DNA of 64,000 nucleotides. It comes from Thermoplasmata archaeon UBA61 (GTDB lineage: Archaea; Thermoplasmatota; Thermoplasmata; Lutacidiplasmatales; UBA184). Each line of letters begins with the position of its first letter. Position 1 is the first letter of the stretch. Under the pieces are notes generated by a model that was given only the letters and a program-made list of their open reading frames with translations, ran no database searches and was not told where the DNA came from. The position numbers and the translations under genes were made by a program. The stretch is taken from positions 221,394 through 285,393 of the forward strand of contig DASW01000003.1 in NCBI GenBank assembly GCA_002503985.1, read 5' to 3'. Below, one piece after another: positions 55,632-64,000 of this stretch.

Positions 55632-57200
55632 GTGCACGACCACGCCGGTCGTCCGCTCGTCGTCGGAACGGGCATCGCGGGCCTCTACGTCGCGCTTCGC
55701 TGCCGGGAGCTCGGCCTCCGACCCACGTTGATCACGAAGTCTCGTCTTGAGGAATCCAACACGCGGTACGCTCAGGGGGGGATCGCCTCAGCGGTCGGGC
55801 CCGACGATTCCCCGACCCTTCACCTGGCGGATACGCTGCGCGCGGGGGCCGGGCTGGTCGACCGCGCCGCGGCGAAGGCGCTCACGTACGAGGCCCCGGC
55901 CCGGATCGCGGACCTCGTCCGGTACGGGGTCCCCTTCGACACGATCGAGGGGCAAGTGTCTCTGGGACGAGAGGCCGCACACTCCCGGAGCCGGATCCTC
56001 CACGCCGGTGGAGATGCGACCGGCGCCTCGATCGAAGAGACCCTGAAACGACGGGTCCTGGACGCGGGCATCGAGGTTCGGGAGCGGACGGTTCTCCGGG
56101 GGCTACGGTCGACCGGTCGGGAGGGAATGGTCGCCCTCATCTCGAACGACCGCGGCCGTAACGTGGAGGAGACCGAGGCCGGCCCGGTGGTCCTGGCGAC
56201 CGGCGGCGCGGCCAGCCTCTACCGGCAGAGCACGAACCCCTCGGTGGCGACGGGAGAGGGTCTCGCGATCGCCTTCCGGGTGGGAGCGCTCCTCACCGAC
56301 ATGGAGTTCATCCAGTTCCACCCCACGGTCTTCTGGCGGGAGGGGGCGCCGCGCTATCTGATCACGGAAGCGATCCGGGGAGAGGGCGCCGTCCTTCGCA
56401 ACGAAGCCGGCGAGCGGTTCCTGGTCGGCCACCACCGGGACGCCGAGCTCGCCCCCCGCGACATCGTCTCCCGGGCCGTCGACCGCGAGATCCACCGGTC
56501 CGGCCACCCGTGCGTCTACCTGGACGCGACCGCGATCCCGCGGGACCGCATCTTTGCTCGGTTCCCCTCCGTCTGCCGGTTCCTCGCCACGTACGGCCTC
56601 GACCCGTCGCGCGACTGGATCCCGGTGACGCCCGCCGCCCACTACATGATCGGAGGCGTGACGACCGACCTCGAGGGCCGAACGAGCCTCCCCGGCCTCT
56701 ACGCGTGCGGGGAGGTCGCGTCGACCGGCGTCCATGGGGCCAATCGGCTGGCGAGCAACTCGCTTCTCGAGGGGCTCGTGTTCGGGGAGCGGGTCGCGCG
56801 CGAGCTCGTGAACCCGGTCGCGAGCTCCCTCCCGCCCCCCGGTCGGCTGGTCCGATTCGACTGGCCCCCCGGTGCGGGGCGGGGCGACCTGCCCCGGGCC
56901 TTCGACCGGGTCCGTGACCTCCTCTGGGACAACGTCGGGATCGTCCGCACCGGGGCCGGCCTTCGGACTGCGCTCGAGGAGCTGGCGGAGCTCGGTCGGT
57001 CGACCGAGCCCAGCCGAGCCTCCGAGCTTCCGGGGCCGGTCGCGAACGCCATCCTGACCGCCTCGCTCGTCTCGCGCGCGGCACTTACCCGCACGGAGAG
57101 CCGAGGGGCCCACTACCGCTCCGACTTCCCGCTCCGCCGGCCCACGTGGCGGCTCCACGTCGGGATCCTTCGGAAGCCGTCCGCCGGTCGCCGCCGATAG
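55632..57200 (+). CDS. nadB: L-aspartate oxidase
   Basis: GTG start gives (M)HDHAGRPLVVGTGIAGL, the FAD dinucleotide fold, followed by succinate-DH/fumarate-reductase flavoprotein-family motifs. Confidence 0.82.
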   Translation: MHDHAGRPLVVGTGIAGLYVALRCRELGLRPTLITKSRLEESNTRYAQGGIASAVGPDDSPTLHLADTLRAGAGLVDRAAAKALTYEAPARIADLVRYGVPFDTIEGQVSLGREAAHSRSRILHAGGDATGASIEETLKRRVLDAGIEVRERTVLRGLRSTGREGMVALISNDRGRNVEETEAGPVVLATGGAASLYRQSTNPSVATGEGLAIAFRVGALLTDMEFIQFHPTVFWREGAPRYLITEAIRGEGAVLRNEAGERFLVGHHRDAELAPRDIVSRAVDREIHRSGHPCVYLDATAIPRDRIFARFPSVCRFLATYGLDPSRDWIPVTPAAHYMIGGVTTDLEGRTSLPGLYACGEVASTGVHGANRLASNSLLEGLVFGERVARELVNPVASSLPPPGRLVRFDWPPGAGRGDLPRAFDRVRDLLWDNVGIVRTGAGLRTALEELAELGRSTEPSRASELPGPVANAILTASLVSRAALTRTESRGAHYRSDFPLRRPTWRLHVGILRKPSAGRRR

Positions 57201-57242
57201 GTCGCCCAACAACCGTATGGCCTCGGGCATCGTCGCCCGGAC

Positions 57243-58397
57243 ATGGACCTTACCCTCTCCCGGGAGGACCTGGACCTCCGCGAGGCCGCCCGACGTTTCG
57301 CCCGCAAGGACATCGCGCTCGTCACCGAGCGGATGGACCGGGAGGACTACTTCCCGCGCGACGTCTTCGCGCGCCTCGGGGCCCACGGGTTCCTCGGTCT
57401 CACGCTTCCCGAGAAGTATGGGGGTCTCGGGCTCTCGTACATCGCGCAAGCGCTCGTGCTCGAGGAGATCGCGCGGGTCAGCCCCGCCTTCGCGCTGAGC
57501 GTGGGCGCGCATTCGAACCTGTTCGCCGACAACGTGGCCCGGAACGCGGACGACGATCAGCGGGCCGCTTTCCTCCCGCCCGCGGCCGCAGGGGAAGCCG
57601 TCGGGGCGCTCGCGCTCACCGAACCGGACGCGGGGTCGGACGCGGTCTCGATCCGGATGCGGGCGGAGCGCGACGGCAACAACTACCGCCTCAACGGTAC
57701 GAAGCAGTTCATCACGAACGGTCCGGTCGCGGACATGATGCTGGTCTACGCGAAGACCGCTCCCGAGAAGGGCCAGCGCGGCATCAGTGCGTTCCTCGTC
57801 CGCCGGGACACCCCGGGGTTCTCGGTCACGAGGAGCCTCGACAAGATGGGCATGCGCGGTTCGCCGACGGGAGAGCTCGCGTTCCAGGACGTCGAGGTCC
57901 CTCGCGACCAGCTGGTCGGCAAGGAGAACGACGGGGTTCGCATCATGATGAGCGGCCTCAACGTCGAGCGGGCGGTCCTCACCGCCATCCCCGTGGGGAT
58001 CATCGCCGAATGCCTCGACCGCTCGGTTGTCTACGCCCGGCAGCGCGAGCAGTTCGGCCAGAAGATCGGTCGGTTCCAGCTCATCCAGGCGAAGCTCGCA
58101 GAGATGTACTCCAACCTCGAGGCGTCCCGCTGGCTCATGTACGCCGCGCTCGAGTCGGTCAAGTCCGACCCCCGCAACCTCCGGGCCAGTGCGGCAGCGC
58201 TCACGTTCGCCTCGGAGGCCTCCACGCGGGCCGCCCTGGACGCGATCCAGATATTCGGTGGGTACGGGTACATGCGCGACCTCCCCCTCGAGCGGCTGGC
58301 ACGGGACGCGAAGCTCCTCGAGATCGGCGCGGGTACCTCGGAGATCCGGCGTCTCATCATCGCCCGCGAGCTCCTCGGTCGGGACTTTGTAGAATAG
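57243..58397 (+). CDS. acyl-CoA dehydrogenase
   Basis: 384 aa with a conserved ACAD fold and catalytic Glu near the C-terminus. Confidence 0.88.
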   Translation: MDLTLSREDLDLREAARRFARKDIALVTERMDREDYFPRDVFARLGAHGFLGLTLPEKYGGLGLSYIAQALVLEEIARVSPAFALSVGAHSNLFADNVARNADDDQRAAFLPPAAAGEAVGALALTEPDAGSDAVSIRMRAERDGNNYRLNGTKQFITNGPVADMMLVYAKTAPEKGQRGISAFLVRRDTPGFSVTRSLDKMGMRGSPTGELAFQDVEVPRDQLVGKENDGVRIMMSGLNVERAVLTAIPVGIIAECLDRSVVYARQREQFGQKIGRFQLIQAKLAEMYSNLEASRWLMYAALESVKSDPRNLRASAAALTFASEASTRAALDAIQIFGGYGYMRDLPLERLARDAKLLEIGAGTSEIRRLIIARELLGRDFVE

Positions 58398-58487
58398 ACC
58401 CGGGACGCGGTCCCAGAACCCCCCCGGGCGACCGGACCCCTAGACCCCCGCGGGCCCGAACGACAAGGGGCCCTGGTCCCGGCCAAC

Positions 58488-58495
58488 GTATATAG
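58488..58495 (+). promoter_or_regulatory. TATA box (GTATATAG) 25 nt upstream of the 58520 ATG (leaderless)
   Basis: Canonical spacing. Confidence 0.35.
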
Positions 58496-58519
58496 CACCG
58501 GGGACCCCATGCTCCGGCG

Positions 58520-59245
58520 ATGGCGGGGCGCCCTGCGAACGCCACTGGGACCACCTCCTTCCTCCGGGTGGAGGTGCTGAAGGAGCTCCAGACGCTCATC
58601 GATGACCGGGAGGTCCGCGACCGGGTCGACCGGGGCCCCCTGGCGGAGACGAAAGGCCGGGAGCACTGGGTCCTGCACCTCCTGCTCCGCAGCCAGGAAC
58701 TGAGCAACGCCCACTTCGATACGCTGGTCGGCACCGCCTACGGGAACATGCTCGCCCGCATCCAGTCGGTCGAGGACCGGCTCCAGCGGATGGAGGGAGC
58801 GAGCCAGGAAGTGACCCAGGAGGTCAAGACCCGGCTCGAAGGCATGGAAACGTCCCTCGTTGAGAGGGTCTCGCGAGAGGTCACCTCGGGGGTCCAGACC
58901 GCGGCCGACAAGCTCTCGACGACCGTCCTTTCGAACCTCGACGAGAAGTGGAAGCCGATCGGCGCGTCGGTCGAGACGTTCGCGCAGTCGTCTCATCAGC
59001 TCACGAAGGACCTTTCCGACACGTACCGAGTTTCCACTCAGAGCCGTCTCCTGCTCAACGAGAACGCCCGGCGGATCATCGACCTCGGCCGGGACCTGGT
59101 CGCCCTCGAGGAGAGCCTGAAGCTCACCCTCACGAAGGCGATCGAGGACGCACTTGCCCCCCTCGAGGAGCGCGTCGCGGCGCTCGAGGGCCGCAAGCCT
59201 TCCGCCGCCGAGGCCGCGACCGACCCCCCTGCGGAACCGCACTGA
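58520..59245 (+). CDS. hypothetical coiled-coil protein
   Basis: 241 aa with heptad-like periodicity. No family recognised. Confidence 0.4.
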   Translation: MAGRPANATGTTSFLRVEVLKELQTLIDDREVRDRVDRGPLAETKGREHWVLHLLLRSQELSNAHFDTLVGTAYGNMLARIQSVEDRLQRMEGASQEVTQEVKTRLEGMETSLVERVSREVTSGVQTAADKLSTTVLSNLDEKWKPIGASVETFAQSSHQLTKDLSDTYRVSTQSRLLLNENARRIIDLGRDLVALEESLKLTLTKAIEDALAPLEERVAALEGRKPSAAEAATDPPAEPH

Positions 59246-59257
59246 GCGTAGCCTTCC

Positions 59258-60082
59258 ATGCGCCTCTCTCCTCGCCATCCCCGCTATGCCAGCCTGACGG
59301 TGCGCCACGCGCTCGCGGAGGCCCACCGCCAGGGCCTGGTCGTTCCCGAAGGGCTCATCGCCCAGGGGCGCGGCGAGGCGTTCGACTACCTTCTCGGCGA
59401 GCGCACGACCCCCGGGGCTCGGCGGGCGGAGCGCGCGGCCGCGGAGTGGCTGCTCGCGGCCCGCCATCCCGTGGTCAGCGTCAACGGGAACGTTGCGGCC
59501 CTCGCGGCGAACGAGGTCGCGGCGCTCTCGCGCGCGGTTCCCGGACTGGATGTCGAGGTGAACTTGTTCCACCGGACCGGCTCGCGGGCCCGCCAGGTCG
59601 CGGAGGCGCTGCGGGCGGCGGGGGTCCGCCGCGTGCTCGGATTGCGGCCGACCGCGACGATCCCCCATCTCCCCTCCGACCGGGCGAAGGTCGACCGACG
59701 GGGCATTCGGGACGCGGACGTCTGCCTCGTCCCGCTCGAGGACGGGGACCGGACCGAGGCGCTCCGGGCCCTGGGGAAGCGGGTGATCTCGATCGACCTA
59801 AACCCCCTCTCCCGAACGAGCCGCGCCGCCGACCTGCCGATCGTGGACGAGGTGAAGCGCGCGCTCGCCGGGGTCACGCGAGAGGTCGAGCGTCGGCGGA
59901 AGAGCTCCCGACCGCCGCGGTTCACGCCGTTCGACCGCCGAGCCGCGCTTTCCGATGCGCTCGAGGCGATCGGGCGAGGGATCAGGCGGACGGCAGCTCA
60001 GCGCCCGATCGGTCCACGGCGGGGCCGAGCCTCTGCGCGACGGCCTCGAGGAAGCGCCGGTCGGACTCGTCGAACGCCTTGA
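59258..60082 (+). CDS. putative 4-phosphopantoate--beta-alanine ligase (archaeal phosphopantothenate synthetase, DUF137)
   Basis: HGRGEAFDY, VSVNGN, VPLEDGDRTEAL and IDLNPLSRTS motifs recalled for the archaeal PPS family. An Arg-rich 3' tail overlaps the convergent GAF gene. Confidence 0.55.
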   Translation: MRLSPRHPRYASLTVRHALAEAHRQGLVVPEGLIAQGRGEAFDYLLGERTTPGARRAERAAAEWLLAARHPVVSVNGNVAALAANEVAALSRAVPGLDVEVNLFHRTGSRARQVAEALRAAGVRRVLGLRPTATIPHLPSDRAKVDRRGIRDADVCLVPLEDGDRTEALRALGKRVISIDLNPLSRTSRAADLPIVDEVKRALAGVTREVERRRKSSRPPRFTPFDRRAALSDALEAIGRGIRRTAAQRPIGPRRGRASARRPRGSAGRTRRTP

Positions 60083-60473
60083 CGGCGTTCCCGTCGATGT
60101 CGATCTCGCCGACCACGCGGCCTTCGTGACGGATGGGGACCACGACCTCCGCACGCGTCTCGAGGAAGCAAGCGAGATAGTTGGGGTCGGAGCGGACATC
60201 GTCCACGATCACCGTTCGGTCCTCGCGGGCCGCCTGTCCGCAGACCCCTCGGTCGAGCGGGATCCGGGTGTGCTCGGTCGCCTGCGGCCCTTCCCAGGCG
60301 TCGAGGACGAGCTCCTTCCCGTCGAGCCGATAGACCCCGACCCAAGGATAGTGAGGGAACGAATGCCGGAGGAACCGACAGACCTCTTCCAGCGCTTGGC
60401 GGCCCGATAGCCGCGAAAGGATCGCGTCGACCTGCAGGAGCGCCGGCGTCTGGGCACGGTCCGGGACCGTCAT
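59982..60473 (-). CDS. GAF domain protein (free Met-R-sulfoxide reductase-like)
   Basis: YPWVGVYRLDG...IPLDRGVCGQAA...VIVDDV..DPNYLAC...VVPI pattern. Starts at the internal Met (MTVPDRAQ). Confidence 0.68.
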   Translation of the reverse strand: MTVPDRAQTPALLQVDAILSRLSGRQALEEVCRFLRHSFPHYPWVGVYRLDGKELVLDAWEGPQATEHTRIPLDRGVCGQAAREDRTVIVDDVRSDPNYLACFLETRAEVVVPIRHEGRVVGEIDIDGNAVKAFDESDRRFLEAVAQRLGPAVDRSGAELPSA

Positions 60474-60697
60474 GGCGGGGTCCGACTCCTCCCCAGGAGG
60501 TCCCGGGCCGGGCAGGGAGCGCCGAGGGGGAGAATCTCCGCCGCGACGGGTCGGCCGTCCTCGGCGTTTGAACTCCCGAGGCGTATTCCGCCACGAGCTT
60601 TCCAGACTCGCGCCGTACCGGACTGAGCCACCTCGGCACGCCCGTAGGAACGGACGGGAGTCGACCGATAAGCTTAGCGGAGGCGCGGCGGACGACG

Positions 60698-60964
60698 CTA
60701 GTCGCGGAGCGGGTACCACCGGCAGTTCGCGCAGCCCACGCCCCGCTCATCGCCGGGGATCAGGGCCCCACAGCTGGGGCAGGGCGCCGGCGGAGGGACG
60801 GAGAGCGCGAGGCAATCGAAGCACGCCCCCTCGCGTCGGTCGTCCGGAAGGATCACGAGCTCCTTGCCGCAGTACAAGCATCGCGACAGGCGTTCATCGG
60901 GCAAGTCGAAGCTTCGACTGTCCGCAAACGAAAGCATCGGGGCTCCACCAATCGGCCGGTACAT
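60698..60964 (-). CDS. small Cys-rich double zinc-ribbon protein
   Basis: Four CxxC pairs (CLYCG, CFDC, CPSCG, CANC). Confidence 0.4.
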   Translation of the reverse strand: MYRPIGGAPMLSFADSRSFDLPDERLSRCLYCGKELVILPDDRREGACFDCLALSVPPPAPCPSCGALIPGDERGVGCANCRWYPLRD

Positions 60965-61021
60965 AAGGCCTCGCGCGACGGCCGCGACCGGACACGCGAC
61001 GGGCGAGCGTTCGAGCGCTTT

Positions 61022-61771
61022 TTATGGCTCCTTCCAGCGCGCCTTGACCGCGGCGAGTAGGAACAGGGCGGCCGTGAACGCGATCAGGACGCCCCAATCC
61101 ACGGCCGCGCTCGAAAGCGTGAGCGGAGCCCCCAGCCCGCACGACCCTTGGACCAGCTCGGCGGCGTAGGTGGTCGGAGAGATGAGGGCGGCGGTCTGGG
61201 CCCACGCCGGGAGCGCGGAGAGCGGGTAGTAGACTGGGGGGAGCACGGTGAGGACGAGCGAGATCATCGGGCTGAAGAGGAACGTCTCGCGCACATCCTG
61301 GAAGTACGTCGCGAGCGTGAACGCGAGCGCGCTCGCGAACGCCCAGACGAGGACGCAGACGCCGCTGATCACCGCGAGGTTCACCACCGTCGGGTGCCCC
61401 AACGCCACGAACAGCGCGACGAACACCGCGAGCGCCGGCAGGGAGTAGACCAGCTCGCTCAGCGCCATGCCGGTCACGTAGGTCGGCGCCTCGACGGGCG
61501 AAGCGACCACGACGTCCTGGAACTTGAGGTCGTGTCGGTAGTGGGTGAGGTCGCTCTGCAGGCTCGTTCCCACGGTCATCATCGTCAGCACCATGCCGCC
61601 GGTGATCCCGTAGTCGAGGTAGGAGCCCCGCGAGACGATGAAGATGAAGAAGAGGAACGAGAGCGGAGAGGCGATCGTGTTCAGGATGTAGAGCGGCGTC
61701 GTCCGGATGGGGATGATGCCGTTCAGCTGGACGAGGGTCAGGACCGAGCGCAGGCGGTTGCGCTCGCTCAC
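61022..61771 (-). CDS. ABC-2 type transporter permease
   Basis: 249 aa, 6 TM. 4-nt overlap with the ATPase gene. Confidence 0.75.
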   Translation of the reverse strand: MSERNRLRSVLTLVQLNGIIPIRTTPLYILNTIASPLSFLFFIFIVSRGSYLDYGITGGMVLTMMTVGTSLQSDLTHYRHDLKFQDVVVASPVEAPTYVTGMALSELVYSLPALAVFVALFVALGHPTVVNLAVISGVCVLVWAFASALAFTLATYFQDVRETFLFSPMISLVLTVLPPVYYPLSALPAWAQTAALISPTTYAAELVQGSCGLGAPLTLSSAAVDWGVLIAFTAALFLLAAVKARWKEP

Positions 61772-62730
61772 GCGCTCGCCTCCTCGGTCGCCTCGTCCTT
61801 CTCCGAGGATTCGGAGTCCTCCTCGATCGACCTTCCGACGACGTCCAGGAAGATGTCCTCGAGGCTGACGGGGCCCATCGAGATGCGCAGACCTCGTTCC
61901 AGGGCGCGCCGAGCGACCTCGTGCGCTTCCTGTTCGCGCGTGAACAGGAGCATCCCGCCCTCGATCTCCGAGACCTTCCCGTAGGAGTCCAGCTCCTCCC
62001 GTGGGAACGACCCCTGGATCGTGACTCGGTAGGGGTACCTCACCCGGGCCCGAAGGTCCTCCGGCGTCCCTTCGAGCTTGAGCCGCCCGGACTCGATGAG
62101 CGCGAGGCGAGAGGAGAGGGCCTCCGCCTCATCGAGGTAGTGGGTCGTGAGGACGATCGTTCGGTTCTCTCGGCTCGCCCGACGGATCGCCTGCCAGACC
62201 TCCCGCCGGGCGATCGGGTCGAGGCCGGTGGTCGGCTCGTCCAGGAACAGGACGTCGGCGTCCGACGCGAGTACCATCGCGCACATGGTGCGGCGACGAA
62301 TCCCGCCCGAAAGGCGCGAGACGAGAACGCGGCGGTAACTGGTCAACGAGAGCTCCGAGAGGACGTCATTCGTCCGGCGGCGGGAGTCCTGAGGGTCGAG
62401 CCCGCGGAGCTTGAGGTAGAGGTAGATGACCTCCTCGACGTTGAGGAAGTAGAGCGGACGCGACTCCTGGGGCACGCAGGCGATGCGCGTGCGGATCGCT
62501 CGTTCCTCGGTGCGGATGTCGTGCCCCAGCACGTAGACCGTCCCGAGCGTGGCCGCCAGCTGGGTCGCCGCGATCCGCACGAAGGTCGTCTTGCCGGCGC
62601 CGTTCCTTCCGATGAGGCCGTAGACCCGCCCCGTCGGGATCTCGAGGGAAAGGTCGTCGAGCGCGAACTTTCCCGGCCGCGCCTTCGGATACGTCTTACC
62701 GAGGTGGACGGACGAGATCGCGGACGGCAT
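61768..62730 (-). CDS. ABC transporter ATP-binding protein
   Basis: Walker A (GRNGAGKTT), signature (LSGGIRRR) and Walker B (VLFLDEPT) motifs. Confidence 0.9.
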   Translation of the reverse strand: MPSAISSVHLGKTYPKARPGKFALDDLSLEIPTGRVYGLIGRNGAGKTTFVRIAATQLAATLGTVYVLGHDIRTEERAIRTRIACVPQESRPLYFLNVEEVIYLYLKLRGLDPQDSRRRTNDVLSELSLTSYRRVLVSRLSGGIRRRTMCAMVLASDADVLFLDEPTTGLDPIARREVWQAIRRASRENRTIVLTTHYLDEAEALSSRLALIESGRLKLEGTPEDLRARVRYPYRVTIQGSFPREELDSYGKVSEIEGGMLLFTREQEAHEVARRALERGLRISMGPVSLEDIFLDVVGRSIEEDSESSEKDEATEEASA

Positions 62731-62784
62731 CGACCCTCTCGGAACTCCGGCAGGACCCTTTCGGAATAGCTCTCTTAGGACGGC

Positions 62785-63852
62785 TCAGCTCAGGATCTCG
62801 GCCAGGCGGTGCTCCGACCGGCCCCGCTCGATCTCCTGGGCGATGCGCTTTCCCGTCGAAAGTCCGGGCTCGAGGAGGTCGGAGTAGGGGCTGCCCGAGA
62901 TGAACAGGTTCGTGCCCGCGACGATCCGGGTCGAGACCTCGAAGACCTTGAACTCGAGCCGCTCCGTCATGATCCCCTCGACGCAGAAAGGCCCGACCAT
63001 CCCCCCGAACAGCTCGATCGACCGCTCGACGATCCGAGCGGCGACGTCGAACGCGCTCGGGAGCAGCGATTCTCGGAGGATCACCGGGACATTCCCGGTG
63101 ACGACGAACGTCGGGCGGATCCCGGCCTTCAAGAGCTCCTCCTCGGCCCCGAGCTTGTAGAGCTCGTCGATGTTCGCCTCGTCCCGGCGGTCCATCCCGA
63201 GGAGCTCGAGGGAACCGTGGCCGACGCGGTAGCCGCGGTCGGAGAGCGGGGAGTAGAAGAAGTGCATGTAGTAGCGGGTCCCGAGCACGTATTCCTGGAT
63301 GACGTGCGGTCCGGACGGGGTGAACCCCTCGAGCGCCTCGCGGTTCTTGGCGAGGAAGAACCCCTTGCCGCCCTTCGCGCCGTAATACTTCACGATCACC
63401 GGCCCGTCGACCTCGGACGGGTTCTCGTAGCGACGGGGCATCAGTACCCCCGCCGATTCGAGCCACTCCCTCTCCTTCTCCCGGTCGGACTCCCAGGCGA
63501 GCACGGCGCGGTTCCCGAAGACGGGGACATCGAGGTCGGCGAACGTCTGGGCCCCCACGTACTCCACGAACGACCCGTGAGGGATCACGATCGCTCCCTC
63601 GGCCCGGAGCTTCTCAGCGGCCGACGGGAGGTCCTTCGCGCGGGGGACCGAGAGGAAGCGGTCCGGCCGCGCGAGGGGGAACGCATCGTAGAACTTCGGG
63701 GGCGGACCGACGGAGATGCCGAGGGTCGGGAACCCGACCGCGCGCGCCCCGTGGAAGATCTGCAGGGACGAGTGCGAGCAGAGCGTGGCAATCGTGGGCG
63801 TCCGTTTCTCGAGGGACGCTAGGCGAGACTCGGAAGCGAGGGGAATCCCCAT
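62785..63852 (-). CDS. purP: 5-formaminoimidazole-4-carboxamide ribonucleotide synthetase (ATP-grasp)
   Basis: Starts MGIPLASESRLASL...IATLCSHSSLQI, the typical archaeal PurP N-terminus. This is the internal Met of the track ORF. Confidence 0.78.
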   Translation of the reverse strand: MGIPLASESRLASLEKRTPTIATLCSHSSLQIFHGARAVGFPTLGISVGPPPKFYDAFPLARPDRFLSVPRAKDLPSAAEKLRAEGAIVIPHGSFVEYVGAQTFADLDVPVFGNRAVLAWESDREKEREWLESAGVLMPRRYENPSEVDGPVIVKYYGAKGGKGFFLAKNREALEGFTPSGPHVIQEYVLGTRYYMHFFYSPLSDRGYRVGHGSLELLGMDRRDEANIDELYKLGAEEELLKAGIRPTFVVTGNVPVILRESLLPSAFDVAARIVERSIELFGGMVGPFCVEGIMTERLEFKVFEVSTRIVAGTNLFISGSPYSDLLEPGLSTGKRIAQEIERGRSEHRLAEILS

Positions 63853-63902
63853 ACGGGGGAGTACAGGGAAGAAAACATAGCCTTTACGCGAACGAACCCC
63901 GA

Positions 63903-64000
63903 CTAGGACTCGGACGGACCGGCCTCGAGCTCCCAGTACCACTTCACCCGACGCGAGGCGGTCTCGGCGACCTTGCGGCGGACCTCGGGGTCGACCGTCG
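63903..64000 (-). CDS. 3' end of an unidentified gene (continues beyond the window)
   Basis: Open frame ending ...RRVKWYWELEAGPSES-stop at 63903. Confidence 0.3.
   Translation of the reverse strand, partial: TVDPEVRRKVAETASRRVKWYWELEAGPSES

Noticed and set aside
58031-59668. 545-aa minus-strand ORF opposite the ACAD, coiled-coil and PPS genes
   Set aside because: Antisense artefact with an RG-rich translation. The plus-strand genes have family motifs and TATA-positioned starts.
60560-60590. Hairpin CCTCGG-CGTTTGAACTC-CCGAGG in the 224-nt intergenic region 60474..60697
   Set aside because: It lies more than 100 nt from either flanking gene end and has no adjacent U-tract. No ncRNA family signal was recognised.
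1-64000. Mobile elements (transposase, integrase, IS terminal inverted repeats, phage genes) and rRNA
   Set aside because: No ORF shows DDE, tyrosine-recombinase or capsid-like motifs and there are no rRNA-like stretches. Apart from the tRNA (whose TATA box is counted with the promoters), the 123-243-nt intergenic regions at 14.8, 47.7, 50.8, 52.3 and 58.4 kb contain only promoters; the 224-nt region at 60.5 kb holds only a hairpin.

Overview
This window is a very GC-rich (about 70%) archaeal chromosomal segment dominated by conserved core genes. Features were located by reading the six-frame ORF track against the sequence and recognising motifs from memory; no database search was run. The centrepiece is the large archaeal ribosomal-protein supercluster at 15.0-31.3 kb: L3-L4-L23-L2-S19-L22-S3-L29-Rpp29-S17-L14-L24-S4e-L5-S14-S8-L6-L32e-L19e-L18-S5-L30-L15-SecY-DUF106-Cmk-Cbf5. 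Upstream is the archaeal mevalonate-entry operon (HTH regulator, HMG-CoA synthase, thiolase, DUF35, plus a translationally coupled DUF835 gene). Also present are a Kbl-Tdh threonine catabolism pair, an MMPL transporter, Bcp, CysRS, a second thiolase, PCNA, AlaX and a small glycosylation cluster (epimerase, GT4, GT2). Further along are FKBP, a MeaB / MCM B12-subunit operon, a prepilin-type peptidase, S6e-aIF2gamma-Trm112, signal peptidase I, PRPP synthetase, NadB, an acyl-CoA dehydrogenase, a putative phosphopantothenate synthetase, a GAF protein, an ABC-2 transporter pair and PurP. I found one tRNA-Ala(GGC) that only folds if a roughly 34-nt non-canonical intron in the T-loop is removed, and a zinc-type S14 gene with a TTG start that the ORF track misses. 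There is no CRISPR array, rRNA, transposase or integrase, and no obvious novel multi-gene system. The most unusual items are the intron-containing tRNA, a SecY with a 2-TM N-terminal extension, a signal peptidase with a long polyacidic N-terminus, and low-complexity (PEAK- or RGG-rich) tails on several ribosomal proteins. Two further oddities are an orphan Cas4/RecB-like nuclease with extra Cys clusters, and a small cluster of uncharacterised zinc-ribbon or winged-helix proteins at 9.2-12.5 kb. Nearly all long minus-strand ORFs in the track that lie opposite these genes are GC-driven antisense artefacts.
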